Assembly (NCBI GenBank): GCA_015680685.1
Contig: MNCI01001941.1
Span: 430,515 to 494,514 of the forward strand
Source of the DNA: Gnetum montanum
Lineage: Eukaryota; Plantae; Gnetophyta
Direction: 5' to 3'
Length of the DNA stretch: 64,000 nucleotides
Positions 38,701 to 53,163 of the stretch are shown in pieces. The translations under genes and the position numbers were made by a program. Numbering within the stretch: position 1 is the first letter of the stretch; every line of letters starts with the position of its first letter. The notes beneath the pieces were generated by a model. It saw only the letters and a list, made by a program, of their open reading frames with translations, had not been told where the DNA came from and did not search any database.

Positions 38701-41700
38701 ACAAAGTTTGCAATTTATCTGTTATGCTAAACAAACAAAGATAGAGGTCTTGCAGACTTGCTTGTTGTAGGTTACTGAGGTCATTGGTGTCAGTTGTTCA
38801 TTCGTACTTGTAGAGAAAGGTAAATAAAGGCTGTAGAAAAATAGGTTAGTGCTAGATGTAATAAGGTTTAAGATAAGAATGATTGACTATGTTGGCCAAT
38901 TCATTTCCATTCATGTCTACCAATCTAAATGCTTCGTTGTCATAGGCTTTGATAACTAGAAAAGGTCCTTCCCAATTGGCTGAGAATTTGTTTACATGTT
39001 TGCGAACAACCTTAAAGATAGGGTCTCCTTCCTTGCTCTTTTGGATATTCAGATCATGACGATGTTGTTGCTTCTACCTCTCTTGATACTGTTCAATGTG
39101 AACAAGCATTTGTATTCACTACTCTTCCACTAAATCGTGGTCAGTGGTACACAATTCCTTATTTTGTTTATCATGAATGAAGTTAGATAGAGCTACTCTT
39201 AGCGATGGAACTTGCAATGCAAGAGGCAAAACAACTTTAGGTCTGTAAAAAAAACTATACGGGGTGACACTAGTTGTAGTTTGAAAAGTTGTTCTATAAG
39301 CCCAAAGTGCATATATTAATTGTTCATGCCACTTGTGTTTGCTATTATTTTGCATCTTTTTAAGCAAGTTTATGATGACTTTGTTGCTTGCTTTAGCTTA
39401 TCCATTAGCTTGAGGATACTATGGTGACAAAAAGAAGTGTTTAATGCTTAGTTGGTCACAAAAGGCTTGTGTTTCTTGGCTACTGAATTGTGGTCCATTC
39501 TCTAGGACTATAGTTAGAGGTATGTCAAAGTAAGACACTATTATTAGTATGAATTTACAAACTTGTCAGGATGTTGTTTTCCTTAGAAGAACTCACTTTG
39601 TAAAATATTCAATTGTGGTGATGATGAAGCTATGCCCTGTGAAAGACTTAGGCATTATAGGTATGATAATGTCAATTTCCCATCATTGAAACTATGAAGT
39701 TATCTAAGTAGTATGAAGCTTAGTTGGTGGCACATGTGTTAAGTTATTGTGTTGTTTATAGGCATCACAAGTTTTAACCTTTTGCAGGTAGTCACTTTCC
39801 ATATGGGGCTAGTAGTATTCTAATTGTCTAATCTTTGCGGCCATGGCTCTAGGTCCTATATGTCCTCCACAAACACTTTCGTGAACTTGCTCAAGGACTA
39901 TGCGAGCTTCAATTTTGCCCAAGCACACTAACAATATGCCATCATAGGACCTTTTATATAGTGTGTTATCAGCTACAATGATATATTATTTTGATCTTTT
40001 ATGTACAACATCCTTTTGAGAAGTAGTTAGGTTTTGTGGAGATCATCATGCATTAGGTAAAACTTGATATTATTATACCATTCCTTTTGAGCAACATTGT
40101 CAACAGTGGCTATAGAGATACCTTCAGTGTTCTGCATGATGGGAAGAACACAGTTCTCTATTAAGGAAGGTAATTTGCTAAACACATTTGGCATCACACA
40201 TAGGGATAAGGTTGTAATGGTGTCAGCTAAGGTATTCTCAGTTTGGGGTATATGTTGAATGTCAACATCCATAAATTATTGCATGAGTTTCTTAACTAGG
40301 TCATAATAATGTTGTAAATGTTTGACTGTGCATACATAAACCTCAGTTACTTGGTTAACTACAAGCTATGAATCACCTTTTACCATCATGTGTTGGATTC
40401 CTTGGTTACAAGCTACCGTCATTCCTATGATCAACCCTTCATATTCTACCATATTGTTGGTACGTGGAAATTGGAACAATAAGCAAAAGATTGGATTGCA
40501 CTAAAGGATGATGTTATGATGGTAGTAACATTGGCCCCATGGATAGTTGAAGCCTTGTCAAAGTGCATGATGGCCTTGTAACCCTTGGGTACTTTGTTGA
40601 CAATGTTGACATGTTCATTAGGGAATTCAGGATCAATGACTACATTATCCTCAACTAGAAAAGCTATTAGTTGTGCAACTATAGCTTGACCCTTCATTAA
40701 GGCTTTGGAGATGTAATACATGTTAAACTTAGTTGTTATGGCCTTCCACCCACCTATATGATTCTATTAGTATATATTTGTGGTTATCACTCTTACGATA
40801 TTATCTTTACATATGACATTGATGTGGATCCTAAATAGGCATTGTCTCCACTTCTTCAAGGAGAAGACTAGGGCTAGGCAATACTTCTCAACCTTTGTGT
40901 ATTGGGTCGTGTAACCTATCAATGCATGGCTCAAGTAGTATATAGGCAGCTTTGCTTCATCATCTTGTTTTTGATAGAGTAGAGAGGCTATGGATGTGTT
41001 AGAGCTTCCAAGATAGATGTACAATGGTTTATCCTTTTGTGGTGGATACACAATGGGTAGTTGGACCAACTCTTAATGTTATCAAAGGCTTCTTGGTATT
41101 GGGTAGTCCACTCATAGTGAACTTCCTTCTTAAGTAAGTGTTACATGGGTTGTAGCTCATCTGTAAGCCTTGAGATGAAACTATGAATAAATTGCAATCT
41201 ACCTTGTAATCCATATAGCTCCATAAAGTTAGTGGGTACCGCCAAGTTAGTTATGGCTTTCCTACTTCAGATACTATGAAACCAAGCATCTTACTAGTTT
41301 TAACACTAAAGATTGAGTCTAAGTTTGTATTCGAGACAGCCATTGGCCATTTTGGACTTGACTGCCATGTCATCAACATAATCATTAACTTTAGCATGTA
41401 ATCATTGAATATATAGGTCATGGCTCATTAATAGGTCACACCATCATTCTTTAAGCCAAATGGCATCATGGTATAATAACAGGTTCCTTAAGGGATCATG
41501 AGGGTTGTGTAAAGTTGATGTTCTAGATTGATCCTAACTTGGTTGTATCCTAAGAATGAAGATTGTTGAACCTCGGGGGAGGGAGCGAGGGAGGGGCAGG
41601 GGTGGCATGGTGGGGCGGGCGGAGGCGGGGATGAATAAGTTTCCCAAATAAAAAATTAATCAACCAAAGTAGACACCAAATTTTATGTGGTTTCCCAACT

Positions 41701-43265
41701 TGGGTAGTCCACACTTGGAGGGTAGTTCTCTAGCACACCTTCGGACTTTGTTGCTCTCAAAATATGGTTTGAAGGGTATTACAACTTGTACAGCTTTAAG
41801 CTCTGCTATGGAGTGATTTGATGCCATGAATCCACTCAACCCCGCAAGGTCCCAACAAGCTTAGAATGTGGTTTCTAGGATCCCACACCTTTACAACTTG
41901 AGCTCCACTCCAGAGTATTATGGCGTTACACCAATACTCAATCCTGCAAGATCTTGACAAGGTTAAGGATGATTCCTTTTTGCAAGAAGTGCATCAACCT
42001 TGCAGGGCAACAAAAGAGAAACAAAAATTACAAGGAAAGGCTGCAACTAATTTTGCTGATCCTTGTACTTTGAGGTACAACACACTTTGAGCACTTACAA
42101 CAGTACAAAAGATAGTACAATGAGGTACAAGAACAATTGAATGATGTATAAAATGATTACTTGATGTTGACACTTGAAAGTTCATTATTCTTGCACATTT
42201 CCCAAGAGAATGAAGTCTACCTATAGCCTATATGTTTCCAAAATCACTTTGGAATTTGTGCTATCTAATGATCACTAAAGATATCTTCTTCGAGATTGAG
42301 ACATCTTTTAGCATTAGACTTCCATTCAGGAGAGATGCCTTCTCCACAAGGAAGATTTCTACTATTTCTAAGAGATGTCTTCTTTTGAGCAACCTTCAAC
42401 TTGGCCAAGACATCTTCATCATTAGGGAGATGTCTTCTCTTGTTAGTAGACATCTACTTTTTTTTAGAGATGTCTCTCTTCAATAAGTTCTTCAATGATA
42501 AGGCTTCCTCTTGAACATCAAAGTTGAGCTTTGAAGTCTTTGTTTCTTGTCCATGTTCTTTGATCTCCTACATGCTTCCTTGAGACTTTGTAGATGTCCT
42601 TGTTCTTTGAGCTCTCATTTTGTCTTAATCCAAGTTTTTGCCCTATACACACAATAACCACACAAGCATCCTTGTTCTTCATTTTTCTTAAGGTTTTGAC
42701 ATACCAAAAGGTCAACAATCTCCCCCTTTTTGGTGATGTCCAAAACTTAAGAAAATGGGTGAGATAAACTAGTAAAGAAAAATATTAAGACATATAAATT
42801 CCTATGGTATTCAGGGACTAGAATAAAAGTGCGGAGGTTCAAAGTAGTTCGGTACATGGGAGATAATGAAACAATGCAAAAATAAGGATAATAGAGATAA
42901 CTAAAGAAATATCATCAGTTTATACCATAAATCATCTGTAACTATCCATACAACTAACTGTCCAACCAATAACCACATCATACAAAATCATCCACATATG
43001 TGCAAGTCCAAAATGCACATATGTGAAAAACAAAAAAAAATTCTCCTATTTTTTGGACATCAACAAAAAGGAGAGAAAAATGATCACCCGAGGTGCCTAA
43101 TCACTAACCTTAGTTGCATCATCAGACTCAAATCCCTCCACTGCTTGGGATGGATGATAAGTCTTCTCCTCATTTTCATCACTATTGGTGTTGGGTTGGC
43201 TCGACTACTACTCATCCTCATTAGATGACTCAAGCTACTGGACTTGATCCCTCCAAGATAAAGCT

Positions 43266-44685
43266 TCACTCAAAATCAAGATGAAGTTGGTGGATTTGGT
43301 TGAATTGGAGGCTGCTAAGTTGGTACCCATTAGGATGTGGTCCTAAAGATACTCTCCATAGTTTGCTACTCAAATGAGCTAGGAGCATCAATTGATGGAG
43401 GAATTGAAGGTATAGGTGGTGCAGGATCATGATGCTCAGGTTGTTGCATGGAAACATGATGCTCCCCTTGTACATAAGTTGGTGGTGCCACAAGCTCAAA
43501 GTCTGACTTCATTCCTAAGTCATATGTTGGAGAAGGTTCAACTGATGCATAGTACCTTGCTGGGATAGGAATGTCCTCCTCATTGTCAAAAATAAGAGTA
43601 GTAACCTCGAACTCTTGTCCATTACAAGGAGGAGGAATACTAGCTGCATCCATACTCTTATGCAAGTAAGGGAGGTTTCTGCCAAGCTTCCCAATGGCTT
43701 GTGCAAATGGTTGAAGAAGCTTATTTAGTGAAGAATTGATTTGGGCACTAGTGGATTTGGATTTGCTTAGCTAGGAAGAGGTCCTCAATGATGATGCTTG
43801 CTTCTTCTTCTTCTACGATTTGGTGCTTAGTTCCTCTTTTGATGCATGAGAAAGGCTCCTCTTCTTAGCATATTCGATAAGGCTCCTCTTTCCTTTGAGC
43901 AAAGGCATCTTTGGAATAGGAACACCCTTTTGACGTATCAACAAGCTGATGAGGTAGGGGTGCCTAATGATTTTTTCCTTGGCATGAAAAATTAGCATGT
44001 CCCTGTAGAGTGTATGCCTCAAATCTAATGACAGTCCTATGAGAAGACAATAAAGCACAAAAGCTTGGGATGACAATAGATAACTGTAACTTTTCCTTTT
44101 TACCATAATGTTATACAACATGATAAGAGACAAGGTGGAAGCATTAGGTATCATCATGCTCCTCTCGATATGACCTCTATCAAAGGATACATCTTTCCCA
44201 AACAAGACATCACAAAATTCATCATGTCCTATGGGCATTATACCATTTGAATAAATGTTAGTCATGGCATCAATGGTGATCTGGAAGACATCTACATTGG
44301 AACTCTTAAGGATTGCATTTACAACTTGAGGAGAGACCTCAATGAGAATACCCCTAACCATGGATGTGAGTGCTCCAACAACAACATTTGAAATAATAAT
44401 GTTGCAATAGAATTCTCTAATTGACACTTCAAGAATTAGGAAATTCATTGTAATGAAGGAGCCCTCATTTAAAAATTTAAAATATTCCATCATAGTAGTT
44501 TTCCTATGGACAAGAAAAGAAAGAGAATGCTCAGTAATAATGTTTGTGGTTCGAGTTGCCTCAAACCTATGCTATGCACTTGAGCTTTTGAAATGGGATG
44601 TGTAGGAAGATGGCACGTTGCTAGAATTGCCCTTGGATCTCTTCTTTGGTGGTGGCCTAGACATCCCAATGTTCTTATGGGCCAT
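43266..44685 (-). pseudogene. Env-like / extra ORF of Sirevirus G, disrupted
   Basis: ATG at 44685 (MAHKNIG...PPKKRSKG); segment 43813-44493 (IREFYCN...VRGILIEVSPQVVNAIL...PYLISLL); Pro-rich and coiled-coil C-terminal pieces; lies just upstream of the PPT/3' LTR. Confidence 0.75.
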
Positions 44686-45179
44686 TTTTGACAAAATTTG
44701 GAAGAATAAGATAAAAGAATAAGGGTTTTAACTTTAATACTAGTGGCAAACTAGGACTTTGAACAAAAAAGAAGACATCTTTCATAGAGAGAAGCCATCT
44801 CATCTGCATTTTAAAAAAACTAGTAGACATCTTTCTCACATAGTAGACATCTTTGCCACACTGTAGGAAAAATTAGGTAGACATCCATTTCATGAGTAGA
44901 CATCTTCATGTAGATGTTTCTTTCTTGGAGCAGATGTCTTCATTGAAAGAGGCTCAATAGGATGGGGTTTGGGAAAAGTTGCTAAGGACTATAGTCTTAA
45001 TAGATACTTACAAAAAAAAAAAAGAAAAGCTTACCTCTACTTACCTACTATTTTGTTGAAAGTCGAAGGTACTTAGAGAGCTAGAGAAGGAATTTCCTCT
45101 TTTGAGGATTCTCTTGTCAACCAAACTTCTTCAATAGCCAAGGCTTGACTTTGTCTCATGAATTTGTTAGTGAGAGTTT

Positions 45180-46938
45180 CTTGGTTCCCTTGTTCCTACC
45201 TTTTAGCTCTCCATTCTTTCCTGAATCCTTTGTTCTTTTAAGTTATCCAGTCTTTTCTATGGTCCTGCAAAAATTTCTTTCTTGATGCACTTTGATAAGA
45301 CCAAGAAGTCTTATGATATGAACAACTATTCATATGATAATACTTAAGATTGCAATCCCATTATTTATGTCCTAATTTATGATAATAATAGCACCTAATC
45401 CTCCTATGGTTGTACGAATGATTAGGATGATCAAACCTTGTATGACCATTGCGGTGGATAGGAGCTTTCTTTGATTTTGATGTAGTAGCATTATTCTTTA
45501 GAGGATCATTTTATTGTGATGGGTTTATTGAAGGTGGTTACTCTGTACAACATCCCAATCCACTCTTATCATGTGGACTTCTTCCTTATTCTAATACCAT
45601 TCAAAGGGATTCCTTTTCCTTTACCAACCTTTCGTTTACTAATTTGACATTTGCAATTTCTATTTTGGCCTATTCATAAGATAGGGTTAGCTTTTCATTC
45701 TTAGCTCTTTGGTCTAAGAGTTTCTTAATAAGGTTAGAAATAGTTAAATTCAACAATGAGATTTCCTGATCCTTAGTTTTGACTTGTTTATTTAACTTAT
45801 TGTAAAGATTTTGAAAAGAGAAAATCTCACTACATAATAGATCAAACATCTCTTCATCATTAAGATCATCATCTGATGAGTTAGCGTCATCATTAGTGAG
45901 GTCCATGTAGATGAGATGAGAATTTTTCACATCATTCTCCACCTCTTCCTCACTTGGCTCCTCATCATCCCAACTTGTATAGAAGTTGGTCTTCTTTACC
46001 TCATCATTGGATCTATTCTTATGCTACAACCTACTATTGCTAGGACATTTGAAGGGCATATGACCTCTTCCTTCACAAACCCAACATTCTATAGAAGAGA
46101 AATCTAAGTTAGAAGTTAAAAATATTTTACCTCTTTCTCTACCTTTGAATAGGTTGGACCTTTGCGAAGTTGAGCCCTTCTTCTTGCTATTAGTCATTAT
46201 AGTTTCCTTGAGAGAAGGAAAATCTCATCTTCGCTACCCTCATCATGTTCATGGAGCTCCTTCTCCTTAGAGGTAGTCTTTAGAGTGATGGGTTTTTCTT
46301 GGATAGCCCCTTCACTTATGAGGTTCATTTCATAAGAAATAAGAGCACTTTGAGGCTCTTCAAATTTTAGAGTTGAAAAATCTCTAATTTCTTCCATTGC
46401 AGTTACTTTTGGTTTGAACTCCAGCTGAAGTGTTTTGATCATTTTAATAATGACATCACTTTTTGGCAGATTTTTGTTAGTACCTCTAATGGCCACAACA
46501 AGATCATTGGCTCTAGAAAAATCATCTTTTATTTTCTCACCTTCTCTCATTTCGAGCTTATCATATTCACTTTGTAAAACTAACAATTTAGATTGTTTAA
46601 CAATTGAGGTTTCCTCATAAGTAGCCTTTAATGTTTGCCAAATTTCTTTGGCCATTTTGCATCTAGCTACACTATTACACTCAGATTTATTTAAAGCAAA
46701 ATATAAAAAATTCTTTGCTTTTAAGTTAAACATAAACTTATCTTTTTCTTCTGAAATCCATTTGCTATGGGGCTTGATGGTTTCGATGGATTTATCAATG
46801 GGCGGCATGTAATCTTCAAGGACGGGCTTCCAAACTTTGAACTCTATAGATTTGAAGAATCCTTTCATTCTAGCTTTTCAATAGGCAAAGTTGAATCCAT
46901 CAAACATGGGTCACTTTGTATAAGATGTTCCCTCCATT
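45180..46938 (-). pseudogene. gag: Decayed gag of G with two zinc-knuckle remnants
   Basis: ORF 46197-46868 (AKEIWQTLKATYE, KVTAMEE; copia UBN2-type gag); ECWVCEGRGHMPFKCP at ~46045-46095; second CCHC relic at ~45350-45395. Confidence 0.85.
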
Positions 46939-49210
46939 GTTCACTCTTGATGTTGATGACGAAGAAGAGTACTAAGCTCTAATACCACTTAAAGATCGTT
47001 GAACTTAGAAGAGGGGGGCTAGGGAATAAGTTCCCTAAATAAAAAATTAATCAAACAAAGCACACACCAAATTTAACATGGTTCCCCAACTTGGATAGTC
47101 CACACTTAGAGGGTAGTTGTCTAGCACACCTTTGGACTTTGTTGCTCTCAAAATATGGTTTGAAGGGCACCACACCCTATATTACTCTAAGCTTCTCTTT
47201 AGAGCTATTTGATGCCATGAATCCACTCAACCCCGCAAGGTCTCAAAGAGCTTAGAATGTGATTTTCAAAATCCTAGAACCTTTACAAGTTGAGCTTTGC
47301 TCCGAAGTGTTGTGGTGCTATGCCAACACTCAATCTTGTAGGATCCTGACAAGCTCAAGGATGATGCCTTCCCACAAGAAGTGCATCAACCTTGTAGGCA
47401 ACAAAAGAGAAACAAAAATCACAAGAAAAGGATGCAACTAATTTTGCTAATCCTTGTATTTTGAGGTACAACACACTTTGACCTTTTACAATAGTACAAA
47501 AGATAGTACAATGAGATACAAGAATAAAAGAATGATGTATAAAATGAATGCTTAATGTTGACACTTGATAGTTCACAATGCTTGCATATTTCTCAAGAGA
47601 ATGAAGTCCACTTTAGCCTAGATGTTTTTGAAATCACTTGGAATTTGTGCAATGGCTATCTAATGGTCACTAAAGACATCTTCTTTGAGCTTAAGACATA
47701 TTTCTTCATTAGACTTCCATTTGGAAGAGATGTCGTCTCCACAAGGAAGACATCTTTGAGGAGATATCTTCATGAAGACGTCTTCTTCATAAGGAAGATG
47801 TTTATTCTTTCTGAGAGATGTCTTTTTTTGAACAACCTTCAACTTGGCCAAGGCATTTTCATCATCAGGGAGACATCTTTTCTTGTTGGTAGACGTCTGC
47901 TGTTTCTTGGAGACATCTTTTCTTGTTGGTAGACATCTACTATTTCTTGGAGACATATTTCTTCAATAAGTTCTTGAATGCTAAGGCTTCTTCTTGAACA
48001 TCGAAGTTGATCTTTGAAGTCTTCATTCCTTGTCCATGTTCTTTGAACTCCTACATCCTTCCTTTAGATCTTATAGATGTCATTCTTCTTTGAGCTCTCC
48101 TTTTTTCTTAATCCAAGTTCTTTCCCTACACACACAACAACCACATAAGCATCCTTGCTATTTGTTTCTTTAAGGTTTTGACATACCAAAAGGTCAATAG
48201 ATAATCCATCCATGAAAATAAAGCATGTCTAGCCATAGTATCGATGAGTTGATCAATACTAGGTAACAAAAAATCATGTTTAATAGTTGCTTTGTTAAGA
48301 TATCGAAAGTCAATATAGATATGAATGCTCCCATTTTTCTTGGGAATCACCACTATGTTAGACATTCAATTAGCGTAATCGACAGCTCGAATGAAACCAG
48401 CTTGGTAGAGTTTCATGATCTTATCATGCATTGCCATTAGTCTAGTCATATTTTTTGCTTAACAGGTTTGATATGAGGGTCGAGTATGATATTATGTTGA
48501 ACTGAACATTGGTCAAGACCTAGCATATCCCCGTATGACCAAGGAAAGGCTTTGAAGTTGTCTTAGAGGACCTTGGTAATGCCTTGAGCCTATTGTGGTT
48601 CAAGTGCAAAACTTAATTTTAGTGTTTTCTCCTTACCATTATGTGTTGTGATGGGAACTTTGGCTAAAGAATCCTCAATAATGTCATTAGTCTTGAGGTC
48701 AAGGGTTTTGACTATGTGTTTAGTGTACTCAAGGGGTTTTTCTATGAAGGCTACATGATCGAACAGGCTTTTAGGCTCAAGATCTAGGTAATCAAGGTCA
48801 ATGAATCACTCAACATCACCATACAGTCCATTTAAGCTAAGAGTTAAGCTAAATTGCATTCACATATCCATATTCTGGTCATGCACATCAACCAAAAGTA
48901 CATTAAGTGACATATGTGTAATAAAATTGTTAAATAATGTGAAGTATTGTAATGATAGAGTAACATAATCTTAAATAAGGACAAAACATAGTGAAACAAG
49001 GCCAAACAAGGCAAAGTAGGGTGGAATATGGTCGAATATGACCATATATTGCTAGTTTTAGGCCTTAGCAGCCCGTGGTTGGGGCCCATTTGACTTAGTT
49101 TGATCATTGGTAAGGTGGGCAGGCTCATTATAGGACTTGTTGGAGTGCCTTTGGCTAGGAACTAGCAAGCTTGGATTGAGTTCTTACTTGCTAAACTTTT
49201 ATATACTAAG

Positions 49211-50935
49211 CCCATACGCTAGCTAGCATATGGGATTGGGCCATGGCGTTTCCAAGTGGTTTCAACTTAATTTCTAGCATTCTTGGGCTCTTTTAGCAAC
49301 TTTTAGACTTTGTAGAAGGGTTTTGGTACCTTGTATGGCCATTTTAAGGTTCTTTTGGGTTGAGATAGAGCTTGTTTATGGCCCATACACTAGCTCATAC
49401 GTTGGCCAATGTATGGCACCTAGGTTGCTAGTATGTAGGGTTGAGAAATTAGTTTAAGGAGGCTTTCTTGACTTGTTTTTGGCTATTGCAAGGTTTTTAC
49501 ATTGGCATAGTGGCTTGGGAGGTAAGATGACTTAGTTTTGAGGTTGGTTTGAGCTAGTAGAAGGCTTAGAAGGGATTCACATGCTAGCCCATATGTTGGG
49601 TAGTGTATGGGGCTATGGCCCTAGTGTATAGTAGGTTAATTCTTGCTTTTGTGGTGTTCCCAAGGTTGGCTTCCTTGTTGTACCATACTTGTAAGGTAGC
49701 TCATAGGTTATGGTGTTAAGAATGACTATTCTGAAGTCAAAAGGAGTAAAAAAAAAGCTGTTTTGACATCCATACATTGGTCCATACGCTAGCCAGTGTA
49801 TGGAGCTTGGTGGCCTAATGTATGAAGACCAAAAGTCATCTTTCCTTAGTTTAGGGCTCCCAAGCTTCATTGGTTAAATTTCAAGAAATTTTGAGTTCTT
49901 TAAATCTCTCAAAACTTCCCATAAACTATCCCATATGCTAGCCAGTGTATAGAGTCTATGTACCTAGTGTATGGTACAGATATTGGCCAATTTTAGACTC
50001 ATTCGACTTAGTTTTGATAGGTTTCAATGTCACTGGTGTCTACGTCAATGGTTTGGCAATTCATGAGGAATTTCTGAGTCCATTATGGACTGGATTGAGT
50101 GTCCTTTATTGTCCAAACACTGGTCCATATGTTGGCTAGCATATGGTACCTACCCCATCAGTGTATAAAATCAAGATTTCATTTTGTGAGGCCTTTTAGA
50201 CTAGCCTTTTTTGCTCTTGTGGTTTTGTGCTAAGATATGGCTTTCTTGGCATCATGGGAAGAAAAAGAAGAATTTTTTCAAGGTTTACATGCTTCCCATA
50301 TGTTGGCCAACATATGGGCTTCATGTGCCTAGCATATAAGGCTTGAATTCATCTTTTATGAGTGAAAATTGGTGAAAGTTTGGGTTATCTTCTTCCTTGG
50401 GCCTTTGAACTTCCCACCATTTATTTTTAAAATCATTTTGAGCTAAGGAAACCTATCAAAATCCTCTCATATTCTCCCTATATGTTGGCCAACATATATG
50501 CTCTATGTTCCTAGCATAGAGGTTAAGAATTGACCAATTTTGACCTTTTTTAACTTGTCCTTTTAGATCTCTAGGGCCACAAAATGCCTCTAGCTAGGAT
50601 TTAAGGTTGGAATTTTCAATTTTGGAGGTTGCTAGAGGTTATACATGAGCATTTGGAATCCTACATCCTACCTCCATATGTTGGCTAGTGTATGGGATCC
50701 TTAAGCAATTTTTTCTAGCCATTTTGACTTATGTTCTTGGCACCTAGGAGCTTTCCTATAGTAGTGCATGAGCATTGACATGAAGCTCTATTGAGTAGCT
50801 CAAGCTAAGGATAAAATAAAGAAGTTATGCTACATAGTGGTTGAAGCCTTATAGACTACTTTATAGGCTGCATACTCGGTTGGACATGATTTCCCAGTGT
50901 ATGATCATGTTTTGGTTCTAAATCTCAGCGTATGG
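49211..50935. repeat. Dispersed array of a 24-bp palindrome (consensus ~CCCATAYGYTGG|CCARCRTATGGG), about 9-10 copies
   Basis: Perfect copy CCCATATGTTGGCCAACATATGGG at 50295-50318; decayed copies at 49211, ~49395, ~49588, ~49782, ~49930, ~50125, ~50477 and ~50674. Confidence 0.85.
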
Positions 50936-53163
50936 GATTTTTCTCAATATTAATTTATTTGGTCTTTGTGGGGTTCATCCAATGTCAAAAGGCTTTCCAA
51001 GTGATAATTCCAAGAAAACTTTTTGTATAGGATCTTTCCTTTTATGAACACTGAGTTCACTATGTGTTAAGTAGGCATCCTAGTGCATAAGGGTTTCCAT
51101 CTCAACGCATAAGTACAAGGAAAGGGCTTGGGTATTAACACTTAGCATATGCAATCATCCTGAGCTTGGCTTTTGCAAGGGTAGAACTTAGAAGTAAGGC
51201 TTGACTAATCAAGGATCTAATACTTAGTATTTGAGAGTGTATCCTACACTCATCCACCTCTAGAGGCAGTGTAGCTATTGCAGGAGTGCTCTCATTTGGA
51301 AACATGATGAAAAGAAAGGGATTTTAGAGCAAAAAGCCCATGCTAGAGGATGGAGATGAGGTAGTGAAGATTATTGTCTAGCTTCCAAATCCTTCTACAA
51401 GTGAGGGATCTTTTGCTAGCATGGCCAGGTATCCATATTTTGCCTTTTTTTTTTTTACTAATTTTCATTGAATTGTAAGGGCATTTTTCAATGCCTAGAC
51501 CTACTTCGATAAAATGTTTTTGGTTTATCTAAGTTGAATGTTGGCTTTAGGCTGTATGGTCATATTTGGATTGAATTTTTGGCCTTAGGATTTATTTCTA
51601 TGAAGATTTGAATTCTTCTCAAATCTGTTCCTTGCTTTTTCCCCAAATTTTTCTAAAAAATAGTTGAACTTTGCTATTTTTTAGAAGGTTATGGTGTAGA
51701 ACTTGTAGTTTTGGAGTCCATAGAGCTATTGTACGAGGTTTAACAATTATATTGGAGGTGAAATCACTATTTTCAGAGTTTGTATGAATTTTTTATGAAT
51801 TTTTCCATAATCCAATGCATAGCATTTTTGGCCTTTTCTATGGTTTTTCCTCCAAAGGATGGACAATGTTGACCATACTAGGATCACTTTTTGGTAGCGT
51901 CCAAGATTCTTGGGGATTACCAAGTTATTGTAGAGGGTTTTGAACAAAATTTGCAATTTTTTTGTATTTTTCCAAAAGCTTTTATACAATTTTTTCATTG
52001 TAAACTGTGTTTTTTTGGCAAAAATCCAAGTAATTCGAGGGTGTACTTTTAATTTTTCTAAGGTTGATGGTACAGTGTTAGAAAAATATTTAAATTTTCT
52101 TAGGCTTTCTTCTAGTGTTTTTAGCTAGAAATATTTTTTAAATATTTTTTTGTGAATTTTTTTAGCCATAGGAATTGCCTTAATCAGTTGCAATTTTGGT
52201 TTTTTGGGCTTTTGTGCTTTCTAGCCGGTACCAACTACAATGATCATTTTTGGGCTATGTACAAGCTCCCTAAAGGTCATTGATGCAATGTGAAGGGGTC
52301 TTGGATTTAAGTTTAAAAATTTTTGAAATTTTTTTCATATTCTCACAAAAGTTTTACTATAGCTATATCACTTTAAATTGGTTTTCTTTTTAGTAAAATT
52401 CAAAAGAATTCTAGCTGGAATTTTAAATTTTTTACAATTGTTAATGAGTGTTAGAGGAAGATTTAAGTTATTATAGGATTTTGTCTGGTGTTTAGAGAGT
52501 AATAATTTTTATGAATTTTTTAAGGCATGGGAATCACCCTAATTGGTTGCAGTTTTGGGTTCTAAGTTTTTTGGGCTTCCTCAGTCTATGTTGACAGTGC
52601 TAGGCACTAGAATATGATTTTAGAGGACCATTAAAAACTTTTTAAAAACTTTTTATGACTACTTTGACTACCCTACCACATTGTTTGAGGTTGCTAGATA
52701 GCGTGTGGGATGTTTTGGGGCTATAGCTTGATTTACCCACCATTCTCCCTATAGCCCCTCTAATCCCCAATGTACAAGCTACAAGAGTAGTTTTGTTATC
52801 ATGCGTTTTGTTAATTATTATGTATAAGGTTTCAATGTTGTCTAGTTTTGCTTACCATTTTGGTAAATACTTGGATTTATGCTAATTGTTTGCCTAACGG
52901 TTTACTAGTTGTACATTCATGTCAAGTGCTCATGAGAATGCTAATGGGATTAATTTTGACTTTTGTTATAGTTAAAATTAATGAGTTTGGTTATTTTATG
53001 TATTTTTATGCAATCTTGTGTAATAGTGTTGGCATTATATTTATTATTTTTGGCTTCAATGTTGTCAAATTTTGGCTTATTATCATCATGTTTCTTAACA
53101 GCTATATTTTTGATCATATAGGGCATTTTTGAAGTCCATCCTGATTATTATTTAACTATTCAG

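Larger units (their letters stand above)
41557..48199 (-). mobile_element. Element G: non-autonomous Sirevirus (SIRE, Ty1/copia)
   Basis: LTRs 41557-42717 and 46990-48199; PBS TGGTATTAGAGC (46976-87); PPT AAAAAGGGGGAGAT (42718-42731) plus a second degenerate PPT at ~43040-43075; palindromic AGAYRTCT repeat motifs in U3; degenerate TSD AAGAA/GATAA that restores the E RT motif. Confidence 0.9.
38870..48845 (-). pseudogene. Decayed pol of E (RT, RNase H, additional archaeal-type RNase H, integrase), split by G inside the RT DGxSGYNQ motif
   Basis: SNIVVIPKKNGSIHIYIDFRYLNKATIKHDFLLPSIDQLID (RT); PIYYLSHAL...YTKVEKYCLAL (RH); MHFDKAS and HIPQTENTLAD (second RNase H); KWHEQLIYALWAYRTT (integrase). 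The RT-RH-aRH-INT order is characteristic of Ogre/Retand. Confidence 0.88.
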
